Assembly: GCA_046731735.1 (NCBI GenBank)
Contig: JBKPLP010000010.1
Coordinates: 1-61,896, forward strand
Direction of reading: 5' to 3'
Origin: Acidobacteriota bacterium
GTDB lineage: Bacteria > Acidobacteriota > Vicinamibacteria > Vicinamibacterales > 2-12-FULL-66-21
Length of the DNA: 61,896 nucleotides
Position 1 is the stretch's first letter; every line of letters begins with the position of its first letter. The position numbers and the translations under genes are program-made. The notes beneath the pieces are model-generated. The model was not told where the DNA came from, searched no databases, and saw only the letters and a program-made list of their open reading frames with translations. Below, piece by piece: positions 59,039 through 61,896 of this stretch.

Positions 59039-59268
59039 ATTGCCGATTGCCGGTTTCCGGGTGCCGAGTTATCGATTGTCGATTGCTGGTCGAGATCGGC
59101 GATTGTCGGTTCAGATTGCCGGTTTTCGAATCAGTTCCCGAGTCGCAATCGTCTGTCTCAATCGGCAATCTCAGTCGGCAATCGTCAATCTCAATCGGCA
59201 ATCATCAATCTCAATCGCCAATCGACAATCGCAAAAATCGGCACTCGGCAATCGTCAATCTGCAATCG
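59039..59268. repeat. Largest inverted heptamer array (GATTGYC / GGCAATC-like)
   Basis: Many degenerate units in two opposed arms filling the efp-Hsp20 divergent gap. Confidence 0.88.
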
Positions 59269-59287
59269 ATCCGGTAAGATCCCCCAT

Positions 59288-59683
59288 ATGCCCTGGGACC
59301 CCATGCGCGACCTGCGGGCGTGGCAGGAGCGGCTGGCCTCGCCTCGCGCCGACGCCTGGGCGCCCCCCATCGACGTCTACGAAACCGCCGACCGCTACGT
59401 CGTCGCGGCCGAAGTTCCGGGGATGACGCGCGAGCAGATCGAGCTGGCGCTCGAGGACGCGCGGCTCATCATCAGCGGGCACCGGACGGACAAAACCGCG
59501 GCGAGCGGAGCCGTCACGCATTTTCACCAGGTGGAGCGCGGCCACGGGGCCTTCGCACGGTCGCTCGAGTTCGCCTCGAAAATCGACACCGCCGCCGTGT
59601 CTGCCGACCTGACCCTCGGCGTGCTGACGATTACGCTGCCGAAGGCGGCGCCGCCGCCGCTCCGCAAGATCGAGGTCCGATAA
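59288..59683 (+). CDS. Small heat-shock protein (Hsp20)
   Basis: WAPPIDVYET, AEVPG, ERGHGAFARS, GVLTITLPK. Confidence 0.92.
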   Translation: MPWDPMRDLRAWQERLASPRADAWAPPIDVYETADRYVVAAEVPGMTREQIELALEDARLIISGHRTDKTAASGAVTHFHQVERGHGAFARSLEFASKIDTAAVSADLTLGVLTITLPKAAPPPLRKIEVR

Positions 59684-60837
59684 TGGTACGCCGTGCGACA
59701 CTTCTGATCCTGTGCATGTCGATCGCGTTCTTCGCCGGCCTCGTGCTGACGGGGCGGATGCGCACCGCCGACGAGAGCGCGGCGGCGAACCGCGAACAGG
59801 CCGTTGCCAAGCCGGCGGTCACGATCAGCGGCGGCCTTCCCGATCTCACCGGCGTCGCCCAGCGCGCGGTGGCGAGCGTCACCAACATCTCGTCGACCCA
59901 GATCGTCCGCACCTCGAATTCTCCGTTCGCGAACGATCCGTTCTATCGCTTCTTCTTCGGCGATCAGGACGATGCGTTCGGCTATCGCGAGCGGCGCGCG
60001 CAGAGCCTCGGCTCGGGGGTCATCGTTTCGGCCGACGGCTACGTGCTCACCAACAACCATGTCGTCGACCGCGGGGTCGAGGTCACGGTCACCATGCCCG
60101 ACAAGCGGGAGCTGCGCGCCAAGATCGTGGGCGCCGATGAAGCGACCGACATCGCGGTGCTGAAAATCGACGCCAACAATCTGCCGACGCTCCCCTGGGG
60201 GGACTCGTCGAGGCTGAAAGTCGCGGAGTGGGTCCTCGCCATCGGCAATCCGTATCAGCTGAACCAGTCGGTGACGCTTGGCATCGTCAGCGCCCTCGGG
60301 CGCACGCTTGAAGGACGGACGCTGCAGGACTTCATCCAGACCGACGCCGCGATCAACCCGGGAAATTCCGGCGGCGCGCTCGTCAACTCGCGCGGTGAGC
60401 TCGTGGGCATCAACACCGCCATTTTCAGCGAGACCGGCGGCTACCAAGGGATCGGGTTCGCGGTACCGAGCAACCTCGCCCGGCACATCATGGATGAGCT
60501 CGTCAAGTACGGCCAGGTACAGCGCGGCACGATCGTCGGGATCACGCTCGCGCCGCTCACGACACGGCTTGCCGAGGAGCTCGGCGCGCCGAACACGCGG
60601 GGAATGGTCGTCGTCAGCATGCAGCAGCGGTCCGACGCGTACGCCGCCGGCCTCCGTCCGGGCGACATCGTGGTCAGCTTCAACGCCACCACGATTGAAG
60701 ACCAGGCGCAATTCGCGCGGCTGCTGTCCGAGGCCAAGATCGGCAGCACCGTCACGCTGGGGATCCTCCGTGAGGGCCGGCAGATGACGGTGAAAGTGCC
60801 GGTCGTGAAGGCGACCGACGGCATGCGGCGGCGCTGA
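59683..60837 (+). CDS. HtrA/DegS-family serine protease with one PDZ domain
   Basis: GSGVI, TNNHVV, TDIAVLKI, QTDAAINPGNSGGAL; TAATG overlap with Hsp20. Confidence 0.93.
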   Translation: MVRRATLLILCMSIAFFAGLVLTGRMRTADESAAANREQAVAKPAVTISGGLPDLTGVAQRAVASVTNISSTQIVRTSNSPFANDPFYRFFFGDQDDAFGYRERRAQSLGSGVIVSADGYVLTNNHVVDRGVEVTVTMPDKRELRAKIVGADEATDIAVLKIDANNLPTLPWGDSSRLKVAEWVLAIGNPYQLNQSVTLGIVSALGRTLEGRTLQDFIQTDAAINPGNSGGALVNSRGELVGINTAIFSETGGYQGIGFAVPSNLARHIMDELVKYGQVQRGTIVGITLAPLTTRLAEELGAPNTRGMVVVSMQQRSDAYAAGLRPGDIVVSFNATTIEDQAQFARLLSEAKIGSTVTLGILREGRQMTVKVPVVKATDGMRRR

Positions 60838-60843
60838 CGAGGT

Positions 60844-60901
60844 GCCGGACGATAAAGGCCCGGCCTACATGTAGGGCGCCGCTTTACGCGCCGCCGCCTA
60901 C
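60844..60901. repeat. Back-to-back GTAG REP-like palindromes
   Basis: ...GCCCGGC-CTAC-AT-GTAG-GGCG...GCCTAC; contains the mpg stop codon. Confidence 0.7.
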
Positions 60902-61512
60902 CTCAAATATCGTTTCATGCCGGACAGCGCGGGACTGTCGACGGCCACGCATCGCCATTCGGATTCCACGCCCACGTTGATCCCGATGCGCGGCGTCCAA
61001 GCGACCTCGCGCGCGGGAAGTCCGCGATCCTCGACGCGCAGCGCGCTCGAGGTGAGATCCAGCTTGTTCTGCCGCAGGGTAATCCCCAGCGCGCGCGTCA
61101 GGTTGCCGGGGCCGCGGCACAAGTCCGCCGCCGCGAATGCACTCGCGGGACGTCCGGTTCCTCGCGCGCGCCGGCGCCGCATGAGCGCCTCGCCGCCGAG
61201 CGGTTCGAGCGCGCGGATCAGCACCGCCGCGGGGGATCCTTCCTCCTCGGTGACCGCGTTCACCAGATAGTGAATCCCGTAATTGAGGTAGACGTAGGCG
61301 ATGCCGGGAGGGCCGTAGAGCGGCGCGTTCCGGTGCGTCGGTCCTGGCGCCGCATGACAGGCCGGATCCGACTCGCCGATGTAGGCCTCGGTCTCGACGA
61401 TGACGCCCGACGCCGTGCCCGCCGTGGTGTGATGGACGAGCACCTTGCCGATGAGGTCTCGCGCGACATCGAGCGTCGCCCGCTGGTAGAAACTCCGCGC
61501 CAGGACCTTCAA
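60898..61512 (-). CDS. mpg: 3-methyladenine DNA glycosylase (MPG/AAG family)
   Basis: IVETEAY, AYVYLNYGIHY, AVLIRALEP, GPGNL, PRIGI; TTG 61512 start inferred. Confidence 0.92.
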   Translation of the reverse strand: MKVLARSFYQRATLDVARDLIGKVLVHHTTAGTASGVIVETEAYIGESDPACHAAPGPTHRNAPLYGPPGIAYVYLNYGIHYLVNAVTEEEGSPAAVLIRALEPLGGEALMRRRRARGTGRPASAFAAADLCRGPGNLTRALGITLRQNKLDLTSSALRVEDRGLPAREVAWTPRIGINVGVESEWRCVAVDSPALSGMKRYLR

Positions 61513-61513
61513 T

Positions 61514-61896
61514 CTACTGACGCGCTGTGAGGCGCTCGATCGCCCGGGCGGCCGCCTGCGCCACGCCGCGATCCTTGTCCTGCGTGAGCGGCTGCAGAGC
61601 GGCCACGGTCGTGGTGTCGCCGATCGCGCCGAGCACCGTCGCCACGTTCGCGCGAATCTCGGCGGATGGATCCTGAAGATGCGACGCGAGCTGCGGCGCC
61701 ACGGCGGTCCCGAGCTCGAGGAAATACTCCGCGACCTGCGGCGCCGCCTTCGAGTCGAGCGATTCGACGAGCCGCGGCACGTAGTTGCGTCCGAGCTTCT
61801 GCAGCGCAAACGCCATCGCGGCGCGAACCATTTCCGATGCGTCGTTGCCCGCGCCGATTTCGAGCGCTGGCAGCTCCGACGAATCGCCCGCCCGGC
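61514..61896 (-). CDS. HEAT-repeat protein (5' end outside window)
   Basis: VRAAMAFAL, IRANVATVLGAIG, VAQAAARAI. Confidence 0.75.
   Translation of the reverse strand, partial: RAGDSSELPALEIGAGNDASEMVRAAMAFALQKLGRNYVPRLVESLDSKAAPQVAEYFLELGTAVAPQLASHLQDPSAEIRANVATVLGAIGDTTTVAALQPLTQDKDRGVAQAAARAIERLTARQ

Overview
High-GC bacterial chromosomal region made almost entirely of core genes. The gene content (acidobacterial VWFA protein, FecR/DUF6600 protein, PGN-loop EF-P, HspR-type dnaK operon) points to Acidobacteriota, probably Vicinamibacterales; this is inference, not a database result. About 55 CDSs are supported: chaperones (dnaK, dnaJ-like, hspR, Hsp20, HtrA), translation (prfB with its programmed frameshift, argS, valS, trpS, rpsA, efp, rluB, RlmD-like), cofactor genes (nadC, birA, coaX, mobA, hemW), a B12 acyl-CoA mutase module (IcmA/IcmB-like, meaB, three acyl-CoA dehydrogenases), envelope genes (PBP1A, lnt, SPOR, NfeD/SPFH), scpAB and uvrC. 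I found no rRNA, tRNA, CRISPR array, transposase or prophage. The main unexplained structure is non-coding: about a dozen short tandem arrays built from unrelated 7-, 8- or 9-bp units, mostly laid out as inverted arm pairs. They encode a signal peptide, sit in frame inside uvrC, supply an RBS, and bracket an rluB gene that is inverted relative to the usual scpA-scpB-rluB-cmk order. Three REP-like palindrome families are also present. Other points of interest: a DnaJ with HPD changed to HPG, EF-P with Asn at the loop tip, a RomR-like regulator, a BchJ/V4R-like protein, a sigma54/IHF/enhancer promoter for a 75-triplet collagen-like protein, a 4x20-bp operator-like array, many leaderless-type starts and two probable CTG starts. 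All product calls come from motif recognition by eye; no searches were run.
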